This document shows positions 11,569 through 23,411 of a DNA stretch of 64,000 bases, piece by piece. Position 1 is the stretch's first letter, and every line of letters starts with the position of its first letter. A program made the position numbers and the translations under genes. This stretch comes from Phoronis australis (Eukaryota; Animalia; Phoronida), in contig NMRA01000149.1 in the NCBI GenBank assembly GCA_002633005.1, positions 316,192 to 380,191 on the forward strand, read 5' to 3'. Under the pieces are notes generated by a model. It searched no databases. It had not been told where the DNA came from and saw only the letters and a list, made by a program, of their open reading frames with translations.

Positions 11569-14500
11569 CTACCACAAGAGGGCAGCAGTGATCTTTTTTT
11601 TGGCATTTTCTGCAAAGTTCAGGTACTGCGAAATCTGCTTCAACATCAGTGCCACCTGTGCTCGATTCTTCTCCACCGTTCCCGAGATCTTCCTCACATC
11701 CATCTGTGTACGTCCTGCCTCTGTCATAATGTCCCATGCTTTCTCTGACTCAGTACTTACTTTCTCATCAAGTTTCTGCAGGGCCATCGCTAGTGTTGGG
11801 TATTCCCGGAGAATGGCTTTGGAGATAGCAGCATACTGGAATGTGGTAAAGAAGACTATTAAATTGGAATGTGTACTGTACAGACACTACAAAAACTTCT
11901 GGTTTCAAAATGTCACTTTAGAATTAAGACTCAAGATTCTCTTCTCAAAATCATCCACTCCACACAGAAGTCTGTCTCACTCTTGTCTACTTAATTCCAA
12001 GCCAAATGCTGATGTAAAGTTCAAGAGCATGCATTCAACTTATCTCCAATGACTATAACTCTTCTGGTGATTTGTTGAAATTGTAAAAATCAGGCTTTGT
12101 AAACATTCCAAGACTAAAAGTGAGGGCATGCCAAGTTAATAAAACATTACACAACTTGACACTGACTTATTTATTTAAGCGGCTATAAACTTGCGTTGCA
12201 TCCAAGAAGTAAACTTTTGATTTTCAACACTTACTGCAAAAAAATTGGTCTCAATTTACAACTTAGAAAGATGAGAAGCGCTGTTTGGATTGGTAAAGAA
12301 TTTTCCTTGAGAACAAGCTTGACACAAAATGACATGAGGGTTTACAGCCACTATAAGTGATCCAGTGTAGGGGAAATGTACATCTTATAATCTAAGTGGT
12401 GAAAAACGTTTTAATAATGCTCAGGGTTCGCACGGTGGGTTTTGGTTGACGGACCCATTCCATTCTGCATCTACATGGAATTTACTACCAAACAGTATCA
12501 GGCGTGTCAAGTTCTCTAATATTTTTGGTAGGATGATAGTGGCCCTGTTTACTGATGCTTGCTGCATGCACCCTAAGCATGAAAAGGTACCTTTGGAACT
12601 TGTTTCGCTTACCACTTTTTGTCGATCTCTTTGTAGGATTTCATTTTTAAAGTAACTTGAATTATTTTGACAACGCCTCTCTACAAGCTTATGTTCTGAA
12701 AGTTCCAAAGCCAACGACAAAGAAAGCTTAAGGTCAAAGTAAGTACAGTAGATCACACTGAAGTTGAGAAGGAAACAGTTGTCCCTGTATTACAAAATTG
12801 ACTGATGGCTCCATGTTGTATCAAGTTACACACACAGTGTAAGGGATCATGAATGTCGAAAAGTGTGAGAATGTGGACACAGTTATCTGGTTAACAGGAT
12901 CCCATGGCACATGTATTATTGCAAATCTTGAAAAAAAAAATCTAACTGGCAATCCTGTATGCAAAATACGGCTCATTTTCTACCTTTTTCTAATACATTT
13001 CATGTACTCAGAACTTCTTGACACATCCATCCTTTGAAGATTCAGTTTACCCCATCAGTATGCATACCAACATCATAGAAATATCACGTTTCAAGCAGGT
13101 GAAGAGTAAACTCTCCCGGCCAAGATCCCTCCTTGCTATAATTTTTACCTCCGAGTTGAATGTCCTAAGCACTGCCTGAATACTTAAGTCAACCTTGATA
13201 TGAGGATCAGCCTCCAGGTACAAGAACTCCTCCTCCTCCTCTGACTAGAACAATAACAACAGTGAATTAACATAGCAGTTACTGATACTGTCCACTTGAT
13301 TACGTTATGTATCTCGATAAATAACACAGCAACAGACTAGGGAACTGTTTCTCAAAGTGTCGATTGCCTTTTGACTTTTAGCTAGAAATCAGTCTACGGA
13401 TGCCTTGACCTGCTTCGTGAAATCATGCTAGGGGAAAAGTCAGAAAATGTGTCTACAACTCAAAGCCAAATGACACAAATCCATAACCTGCTTGGGAGCA
13501 GGCAATGTTTCTACAACTCAAAGCCAAATGACAGAAATCCATAACCTCCTTGGGAGCAGGCTAAAGGACATAAAATCACCTTTTGACAACAGACTTCGAC
13601 AAGCAGGCCCCAAGACTGTTACCGACATAACATGAATAAGAACTTTCTTGATTTTAAAGTAACAACTGTCATGAAGGTGTTAAGCAGCTCAAAATTATCT
13701 AATTGTATAACGATAATTCTGTCCAGCTTCTTTTATTAGAAGTTCTCAACAAAAACATTAACACACTGAATGAAAGTTAATAGTTATGTGACATAGTAGA
13801 GTGTTAACAATTATTTTAAGGATGGTAGATTCCAAAACTTAAGTCTGAATCCTTTGTATACTCAGACATAGCGTTACACCCTTCAAGTATCTGACATCTG
13901 ACAGGAGCATAACAACTAAGCCACTGTCATCATATTTGCCAGTCAGTAGCCATTGCAATAAAAGATGGTCACTTGTAGACATAGAATTTTATGACAGAAT
14001 TATCAACTGCAAGGAATGATCCACCACTCAGCTTATATTCTAGTAGTACAAAGAGTATTTGATAAATACATCTCTAAGACACCACTTTCACACAAACATA
14101 CACACACTCTCTCAAGAGTCTAAAAGCATAGTCTTAAATCCGAAGGCAGGTGATCTACCGGTAGGTCAAGCTGTCTTTTTGTAACACGTGAAATATACCT
14201 TGAGGTCATCTCCAGTGCCGATGGATGATTTCAGGCCACTGATGCAGTCTTCAATGCTGCAGTGAGACTCGTGTATGTATGTGACCACTTCAGCGTCTAG
14301 GCAAGCCTTCTTAAACTTACTTAAGGCCAGAGTATAGTAACCATTGTATAGGTGGCCTCGCTCCATGAATACATTGATACGGTGGAACAGGTCATCAAAC
14401 TGAAACCCAGGAATAAATAAGAAGTGGTGATATTAAAACTATGAATAAATCAAGCTGCACAAGCAAACAATAAACTTTATTAAGCAACAGTGAAAAATAA

Positions 14501-17500
14501 GCTTATTTGCAATACCTAAAAAATCTCTCAAGTGTGTTCAGACAGTATCAGATCTTAAAGACTGTATTATATGCGCAACAGTAGAGAAACCCACTGTTCT
14601 TGAAGTCTTGGTTTTGAGATCACCAAATGAAAACTGAGATAACCAACAGTGACCTTAATCAACTTAATCAAAAACAAGGGTAACCCCACACAGTTTCCTG
14701 TGGCAACAATTCCATGTCTTTTGTATCCAACGTAAATACTCCTGTCTACAACAATTCATTGGCCAGGTTCCTTTTCAACTTTTATCAGCCCTAAATCCTC
14801 TATCTCTCCATGTACAACCTCCCCTGCCAGTTTGAGTCTCCAGGTACAATATGTCCCACTTATTAACCAGCAGCCTTCAAAACAGCCACCACCTTACCCT
14901 CAGGCCTGACAACCATCAATGCCCCCTACCAGCTCTACCACCCCACCTACAGCGCCCCCTACCTGCTTTAGTCCCGTTTCCTTCATACTCCACTCCTCAT
15001 TGCTTAGATCCTTCTTCTTCAATTTCTTCTCTTTCTCCACTTTCTTCACATTAACCTTAACATTCCTCTGCAGCAGATGACGTATCAGACTCTGTATGCA
15101 GGCGTGTACAGAGCCGTCTGCATCTTTAGCAGAGATTAGGAAACTGAAAAAGGAAGCTAATGTTGATGTCATGCTGGCACATGGCAACACTACTTCAGTC
15201 GACACATGAGTGTCTAAAAATCTCATGTTAACGACACACCGAATAAGTTCAACTAATATACTATAAATCAACCAAACACAACAAAGGTGCAAAATGGTGA
15301 AATGTTGCTGTATAGTCAGTAGGTCTACTACTTTAACAAAGAATTTATTAACTAAACCTTTTGCGTACCTAAACTCAATTCAACAAATCTGTATCATTAC
15401 AGTAAGCAAAATTACGGAGAAGGAGTTAAGACAGTCTAATGCATTCATCCTTTTCTTTAAAAAATACCCTTATCAAATTCCCAGCACAAGTTAGCAGTCA
15501 ACACATGTTCCACTTGGATAAGAATCCCTTCACAGCCAGTGACAATATCACAGCAGCACCCAGTGATAAACAATTAATTTCAGTTTAGGAACTGTCTCAA
15601 ATAAAAGATTTTTCATATTGGCACTCTCCACAGTAACGACAGCACAAAAGTGACTTCCCCTTAATCCTCAGATCTGTAGGGCAGAAATTCAATTACTACA
15701 TAAATTTAATATCAGCCTCTCCCATTGTTTGATTAGCTTAAGTTTACTTATATATTTTAGCTTTTTGACATCAGCTGGAATCAACATTCTCCTGCTTTAG
15801 GAGCTGCAGCCATAGGTTTTGTCGTGGATTCTTCTTCACAATGGGAAATGTATGAGGTATGATGTCCTTCATTCATTGATATTTCAAAGGTTTGTCTTTT
15901 TCCGTAAAGCATTAATACATCCCAACATACAGCAGTGAAAATTTGCCGCCCATAAGATAGCAGGAAAGGTTGAAACCTCCTGTCCGCGTTACATGGGATC
16001 TGTGGGTGGCGCTGAATTCTGTCCTGGTCGCCGTCTGGCGGGTTAGTGAATTTCAATATGGCGCGGCAATTTCGAAATTCAGCTATTGGCCCGATAAAAT
16101 ATAACTGCACAACACAATTCAAATATACTATCAGAGCAGCCTACAATTAAATGCTCTAAATTACTACCTACCAGCAGCACCTGCGTCTCTTACCTCTCTA
16201 GAAAGCCGTGCTCCGCAGATATTGCCTCTAGTAACTGGACACACTCTGGTTTCTCTTCTTCATTATCCCCGTCTGTCTGTTGGCTGGGCTCTGTTGGGTT
16301 GAGGGTCCCCTGCAGGGGCCCCTCTTCACTCTGACATTCAACCAATTGTTTGCCATTCGACTCTGAAAGCAATTCAGCCAAATTGTAATGAAAAACAAAC
16401 AAATGAAATTTGATAAATGACCAGAAGTGTTTACCATCCACACACGTTGTTAAACACTTAAGATGTGTAAGAGACAGATGGAATAGAATATTTAGAAATA
16501 ATTTTGCATGGAAAAGCTATAAATTGAAAGTTGGTGATTTGGAACAAGATCAAGTATGACAAAGAAGCAGAACAGAGATGTTTCACTCACAGATGTGTGG
16601 CATAAGAGATACAAAGCTGAACACTTGGTTCTCTGTGCTTGTTACACTGGGGGAATGAGAATGTCATAAGAAAGGGCACAACCACAATTTACAAAACATC
16701 AATATAACAGCTTTCATTTGCCTGGCCACATGCACAAAGGGGAGGGGGCTTGCACCCTGTCCTAAAATTTTTATGATGCCCTTTCACTTACACTGAAGGG
16801 CAGAGTTCATGTCCACAGTTCATGTTGAGTGCATTATATATCTCATTGTAACCTAAGGAAACAGCCACGCAAACAGACATGTGCCCAGTGTAACCTATAA
16901 ATTAAGTAAACACACAAACAGATATTTGTACGGTGCATGAATCATAAGAAAGTGAAAAGGACAAGTGAATTGAAAAGAAAACGGTGAACTCTATCTGACA
17001 ACAGACTAAGAAGCGGCATGTTCAGCCTATCTTGAAAATTAAATAAATAAATCTGCTCATCTGAAATGCAAAACATGTAAAGAATATTACAAGCACTGCT
17101 TTCTGATTTTTCCTCACCCTGATCTGCTTCATCAATCAACTTTTCATCCTTCCCAGAATCCCCTGACGCTGCTTCCTCTATGTCAATCTTTCTCATATTT
17201 CCTCCCTCAACATCATCATCCCCATTGTCATTATTCCTCATTTCCACATTCTCCCCCTCCAATTGTTCCACATCATTGGCCATTTCAACATGTTCTTCTT
17301 CAGTCTCCTGTTGATCACTATAATCACTGCCAGCAGCGCCATCTGGATCCTGTTGTTTGTTTTGTTCATTTAACTTCAGTGCAAGAGCAAGCTTGAATGT
17401 TTCCTCTTCGTATCTGTGCTTTTCTTCATCTTTCTTCACTTTTTCAGCCTCCAATTTTTCAGCAATCTAGGACAAATTAAAAAAGTTACACTGACTGATT

Positions 17501-20500
17501 AACACCAAGAAGGGAAAGTATCACTGTCTAACTATCCTTACCCATTACATTGAGAGTACTGTGAACATACAGTGGTGAAGTGTCAGTGTGTCCACAATCA
17601 CAGTTTCTTCCAATTCTTGAAACAATAAACCAAATGTCTTACTTGTAATATCTGAGTTTGCTTGAATTAGGACACATATTTTAAACGGCGATAATAGGAG
17701 ACTCCAAATTCACTAGATACAGATGCATTCAGACAAAATCAAAGGACACTTTACCCAAAAATACCCCCCTACCAATGAACTACCTTCTACTCAACATTTA
17801 TACAGGTTTCAAAAACAGGCTCATTTCTTCATTAGCACCACCTAGTGAGCACTGCGTAGCCCATTCAGACAAGTATTTTTTGTTAACTCAAACTACAAAA
17901 AATCAGGCTTTTAGCAGCCAATATAGTCATTTCAAAAAAACCTTGAGCTCCTTCCAGCCAATAGCATAATAGCATAAATTAGAATGTTTCCCATATCAAA
18001 ATAGAGACTTCAAGTTGGCGCTTTATGCCCTAATGCAATTTCATGATAGTTTCACTCAGGAATTTGGACCATGCTGATTATGTGAGCTGGCTACTCGGGA
18101 CAATCAAAATTCCTGAGCAAAGACATTCCTGAGCAGACTGCAAGTGTTTGCTCGCTGAATGATGTGGATTCATGCCTACACACAAAATAACATTTTGGGT
18201 TTGAAGGGGAGACAGTGTGGCTCAGTGGTTAGAGCTCCAGACTCCTGAGTGAGAGACACGGGTTCAAATCCTGGCTTCACTGGCTGACATTCGAGCACTG
18301 CACAAACATGTCTCCTATTCCTCTGAGCTCGGGCTTACTTGTGAATGCGTGCAAGGGTGTGAATGAGAGCCTGTTGAGAACCATGCTGCATATTAGCCCT
18401 TGGCTAAAGCATGTTTCCTTTATAAAAAACAAAAAACAGGGGGGTAACTAGTCTGCGTATTGGCTTTGAATTATGGTGCAACCAACAACAGCTGTATATC
18501 ACGGGTGTCGCTCACACTCAATAGACTTTTGAAATTGAGACGCGAGGTCAGTGAGAGCAGTTCCTTGTGAACCCTGCCTTTAGTATACACTTGTGTAACT
18601 AAACCCACCTTAAAAAGGGTTGATGGTCCTGGCTGAAAAGATAACTGTTTGATTACCCCCTGTGGACCCATGAATATATGAGTCCCAGAATGAGTATGAT
18701 GGTGTTGAGATAAGAATTGCCTAAAAATCGAGATTTCTTTTCACTTGTTCACCTTTTGATGGGCTAGCACATTCAAATCAGTGATAAGCATGCGTAGTTT
18801 GTAAACCCTGAAGTTTTTAAGATTGCATCACAGCGCCTAACATAATGTAACTTTAAATGTATATCTTACCAAGTCATACTTGTTATCTTACCAAGTCATA
18901 CTTGTTATCTTACCAAGTCATACTTGTTATCTTACCAAGTCATACTTGTTATCTTACCAAGTCATACTTGTTATCTTACCAAGTCATACTTGTTATCTTA
19001 CCAAGTCATACTTGTTACCCACAAGTAATATGGGGAGTTGTTTGGGATCTATGGGCATCTCTTCGGTAGACAAGATTTTAGTGACGCCATCTTTGTCAGT
19101 CTCTGTGATGTGTTTGAGGCGTACAGCCTTGTTCAAGATTTCAGACTTCCACGTCGGAGCAAGCTCTATACTGTCCACACTTGTAAGATCAGTCACAACT
19201 GTAATAATACAGCACACACACACACATTTCATGGTTTTAAAACAGCTGGCAACATTTGAAATGTAGCAAAATAAAGGATAATTAGGCACCCAAATTAATT
19301 TGTCTGCAAGCTGCATACTCACTTGAGCATAAATTGAAAGATAGCTAGCCTCAAAACAAAATTATGTTTTGATGCCAATAATACACTAAAACAGCAAGCT
19401 GGCTTAAAAGATTCCATGCAGAACTTCAGATTGTTCGTGGAGACTTCAGCCCAATTGGCTTACCGTACCAAAGGTGACTTCAAATTTTAGCAGCTCAACT
19501 CCTCAAAGCATGACCTCAAGCTCAAAGACTTATTGCACTTTCTATGACTTTATACACTCACTTTATCAGATAAGGTCAGTCACAAGGGTCAGCATAGCAA
19601 CTGAATAGCCACATAATGTAACCACTCCAATCAGAATAAGGGAAATTCTCATTACTGACAAATTATGGCTTTAGTTATTACTTATGCTGTCGTACAAGAA
19701 GGTATTGTAATATCTCAGTTATTTACAATATGGTAATGAGTTCATGTATATCGTTGAGCAAAGTAAAAAGGTAAAAAATTACGTCGATGAAAATTGAATT
19801 ATTGAAAAATAAGCATGATGCATGCCAATTTCATCCGAAATCATTAAGGTTCCCGGATATATTGTCTTTACATCCTGAAAGTTTTGAAAGTTTGATGGAG
19901 ATGAATGACGGACTTTCTCTGGTATAACTCTTTTAATCCAGAAGTAAAACACTTTAATCAATATATTAATGTATTTGGACCCATTACTAAATAACGTATC
20001 ATGGTTTATATTCAGCTTCCTCTCAAAATGCTGTATCATCACTATTAATTATTACCTGATCATTTATTGGTAACTGAGCTGTCTCACAGCCTTTTATTGC
20101 CATCTTTTAATTTCAACACTTGAGGGTTTAAGATTTTGAATTGTATTGTGTTGTATTGCATTGTGACGTTTTTCCTAGTGTATTTAGGAGGGCCTCCATG
20201 CAAAGCAGTGTTATCGCTGAAGCAGTCGGCCTGATTTTAAATATTACCATCAATAAATATTAAATCAGGTTCACTACTCCATAACATTTTCTGACAATCA
20301 TTTTTATTTCTTCAATAAACAAGTTTGATAGATTGACAAAGTCCTTCATGAGCAGATAAAACGTTTGGTTTAAACAGAAATTTTTCATTTAAAGACCCAT
20401 GTAGTGGCAATACCAAAAGTCAAAATCACAACTTTCAAACTGCAATAAAACAAGTTAAGTTAACGACAGCAAATCTTCGCATTGAAGCACTCAGTTAACT

Positions 20501-23411
20501 CCATCCAGTCCATAATACAATAGGTCTCTTCATAACTCCAAAACTACCCATCAGAAATTAACAAAAACATCTCATTCCATTCATCTAGAATTAGTAACCT
20601 TCCAAGGTACAAGGTACCCAACAGTCTGCGGGCTACCACCATTTTCTGACAGTACACATCTCAATTACTGATCACAAAAGTCACTGCGAACGGCTGTTGA
20701 TGAAATGCACAAGAAAACGACAGCAACCGGTCGACTATAGGGTACATTGTATCTGGGTCCAGATATCAAGAGAACACTGACTTGAAATCTGACATTACCT
20801 AGAAGGATATTAATAATCATAGAGATTACCTAGAAGGATATTTATAATGATAGAGATTACCTAGAAGGATATTAATAATGATAGACATTACCTAGAAGGA
20901 TATTAATAATGATAGACATTACCTAGAAGGATATTAATAATGATTGACATTACCTAGAAGGATATTAATGATAGACATTACCTAGAAGGATATTAATATT
21001 GATAGACATTACCTAGAAGGATATTAATATTGATAGACAAATCAACTCTTACACATTCTTTTATCACGCGTAATCAGTAACAATGACTCACCGTTAAAAA
21101 ATTTTTAAAAAACCGGTTTTGCCCCAAAACATGAACCAAAGATGGCGCTGCATAAGGATTTAAACAAACAAAACAAGTAATTTTTGTGAGGTCACATGTG
21201 CATATCAAAACCACCTCATCGGTCACTACAGTTCTTACAAACTGCTCACCAATAGCAGCGTCCACATCTTGGTAATAAGTCTTCCTCAAGTCCATGTCTT
21301 CTCTACCTGGGAGGTCCCACATGGTGACTGATACCACTGCATTCTCAGGCACATTCAGCTTTCTCACCACATTTTCTATGAAAAGCAAGCAGCCTCTGTA
21401 TCCAATGTGACACATTACTCTAATTTAGAAATCTTAACTTTGAAACTGTATTCAACCACTACGCAACAGCTCTACACTCAAATGGTTCAATCGATGTTAA
21501 TTGTATCATAACTGTGAAGTATTCAGAATCCAGGACTATATTCTGCACTTGCCAATATTTACTTGTGTAGTGGGAACTGCCATAGTTGAACTGTGAAGTA
21601 TACACGGTTAAGGAATATCTACTACATGTTTACTTGTGTAGTAGGAACATAGCCATAGTTGAACTATGAAGTATACATAGTTAAGGACTATGTACTACAC
21701 TTACCAATGGCTACTTGTGTAGTGGAAACTGCCATACTTGAACTGTGAAGTATACACAGTTAAGGACTATCAATTACACTTACCAATTGCTACTTGTGTA
21801 GTGGGAACATAATCATAGTTGAACTGATGTTTGATGTAGCGCAGAAAGATACTGGTCTTGCCAACGCCAGGGTCACCTGTAAGACACAACTTGCATAATG
21901 ATATAGGTCCAGAATGGTGGATATAGACCATGTTAACAACACACAATACAATGTCATTAACAACATTAATAGTAATAAATATTTACTTTTATAAATTCAT
22001 AAGACACAAACTTACACCTTAGAAAAACAGTGAAACAAAAGGAAAGTTAAAACCGCTAAAAATAATAATGTGACTACTGTAGGTGAAAAAACAAAAAGAC
22101 AAAACATTATTGAAAACCAAAATGTTGAAATTCTAATGGACTATTAATAAGAGTATTAAAGTATTATCTGGGTTGCTTAATAAGATATAGCTTTCTACAG
22201 AAATGCCAATCTCATTTATTGGTTTGGGAAGCTCCAATAAAAGGAACAAAAGGCAAAGTAGAGGGTAAAATGTGAATTAAGGCATAAAACCGTGCAATCA
22301 AAATTAAATGAACATTATGTTACATACATACAAAACACTAACGATTTTCCTTACCTACAAGGAGTATCTTGTATGACGGTATCTTATCTTGCAAAGACAC
22401 ACCTAAGTTTAATAAAAAGAATGAGTTAATGCAAAAGGGGAACCATTTAAAACAATAACCTAACAAGCATAATTCAGGCTTCGGTAAACTAAAATGTAGA
22501 CATCTTAAGCACATGAATATTCAAGGTTACTCTAAACCCTCAATGACTGTATTATAGAACTTCTTTTGTGTACCAGTTGTGGTAAAAGTTCGCCAGACAA
22601 ACATAAATGTCAAAATTGACCATTTTTCATTTTTCAAAGGTTTCTCACATTGATGGGAATTTGCACAATATTTCAATATGTAGTATGATGATTCCTATGG
22701 CACAAAACATGAAAATCTTGTAACATTGATTGATACAATGCCAGAATCTCAGGTCTCCCCATGCATAAAATACATCAGAGGTAAAATAAACTTTTCAGTT
22801 AATTTCAATCTCTTAGCCACCTCTGGTACTTCAATTACTATATTCCATCTGACAAAAATACTTCTAATCGAGACCACTTACCACTTGTATGATTGATCCT
22901 AACTTTTTCCTAGATGAGAGGTGATTTTTGACCTTGCGGAAAACTAACAGGTCGTTATTGCTCAAGATCATACATGACGAATAAAACAGCAGACAGTGAG
23001 TAACAAGACAAATCGTAGAGCCAGGCCTCTAGCAATAGCTATTTCAATAATGTCAAAATTATTTTTTAAAGACAAAAAGTGGCTGCCTGCATGCGATTGT
23101 CCTGAAGTTGGTTTTACATTTTCGTGTGAAGATGATCGGTCATTATCAATACAACTTGAGTTAACATGGAGACTGGATTATTCACGAAATCACACTCATA
23201 GCATAAGATACACACATGCTGATGAATGTCAACCGGGACTGACGTACAGTGACAGTTCAGACTCGTGTCACTGTCACTGTCAGTGAGAGTGACAATCGAT
23301 GTCGAAGTGCAGGTGGGCAAGTCAAGAAATCAGGAAAAATGCGAATACTAATTTACGAAACCGGAAATACAATGTACCTATGCTGTTATCACTGCTACAA
23401 CCAACACCCAT
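11569..23411 (-). CDS. Atypical Rab-like small GTPase with N-terminal acylation motif, acidic insert and C-terminal domain; 11 exons, 586 aa
   Basis: Exons 23411-23378, 22402-22355, 21876-21784, 21375-21250, 19198-19002, 17466-17118, 16362-16194, 15143-14963, 14399-14199, 13244-13149, 11835-11569. All are GT-AG with compatible phases (1761 nt). Motifs: YKILLVGDPGVGKTS (G1), YVPT (G2), WDLPGRE (G3), LVGNKYD (G4), ISAKD (G5). Confidence 0.85.
13446..13561. repeat. Direct tandem duplication, ~58 bp x2
   Basis: AATGTkTCTACAACTCAAAGCCAAATGACAsAAATCCATAACCTsCTTGGGAGCAGGC occurs twice. Confidence 0.9.
18206..18440 (+). mobile_element. tRNA-derived SINE-like element
   Basis: Pol III A-box TGGCTCAGTGG (18218-18228) and B-box GGTTCAAATCC (18261-18271) at tRNA-like spacing, followed by a non-tRNA body and an A-rich tail. 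No complete acceptor stem. Confidence 0.65.
18862..19017 (-). repeat. 22-bp minisatellite x7 made of the exon end (NKYDL codons) plus splice donor
   Basis: Perfect copies of TATCTTACCAAGTCATACTTGT. On the gene strand this reads ACAAGTATGACTTG|GTAAGATA. Confidence 0.97.
20791..21039 (-). repeat. 31-bp minisatellite x8 (intronic) containing CCTTCTAG|GTAAT on the gene strand
   Basis: GACATTACCTAGAAGGATATTAATAATGATA repeated 8 times with few variants. Confidence 0.95.
21510..21826 (-). repeat. Degenerate ~75-80-bp tandem repeat x4 made of the exon end plus splice donor
   Basis: TACTTGTGTAGTrGrAAC...CATAsTTGAACTrTGAAGTATACA recurs. The rightmost unit overlaps coding exon 21784-21876 and its GTAAGT donor. 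Confidence 0.9.

Noticed and set aside
17091-17117. Alternative donor at 17090 for the acidic exon
   Set aside because: Joining it to the acceptor at 16362 creates T+AG = stop; the CAGG|GTGAGG donor at 17118 keeps the frame.
18206-18285. tRNA gene
   Set aside because: A and B boxes are present, but there is no convincing acceptor stem and the sequence continues into a SINE-like body and A-rich tail.
20660-20799. Possible cassette exon downstream of the last AG|GT unit
   Set aside because: In-frame translation has no GTPase similarity and hits a stop; exons 21250 and 19198 already join seamlessly (DAAI-VVTDL).
18862-21826. Short direct-repeat arrays as CRISPR
   Set aside because: No unique spacers, no cas genes, and a eukaryotic intronic context.
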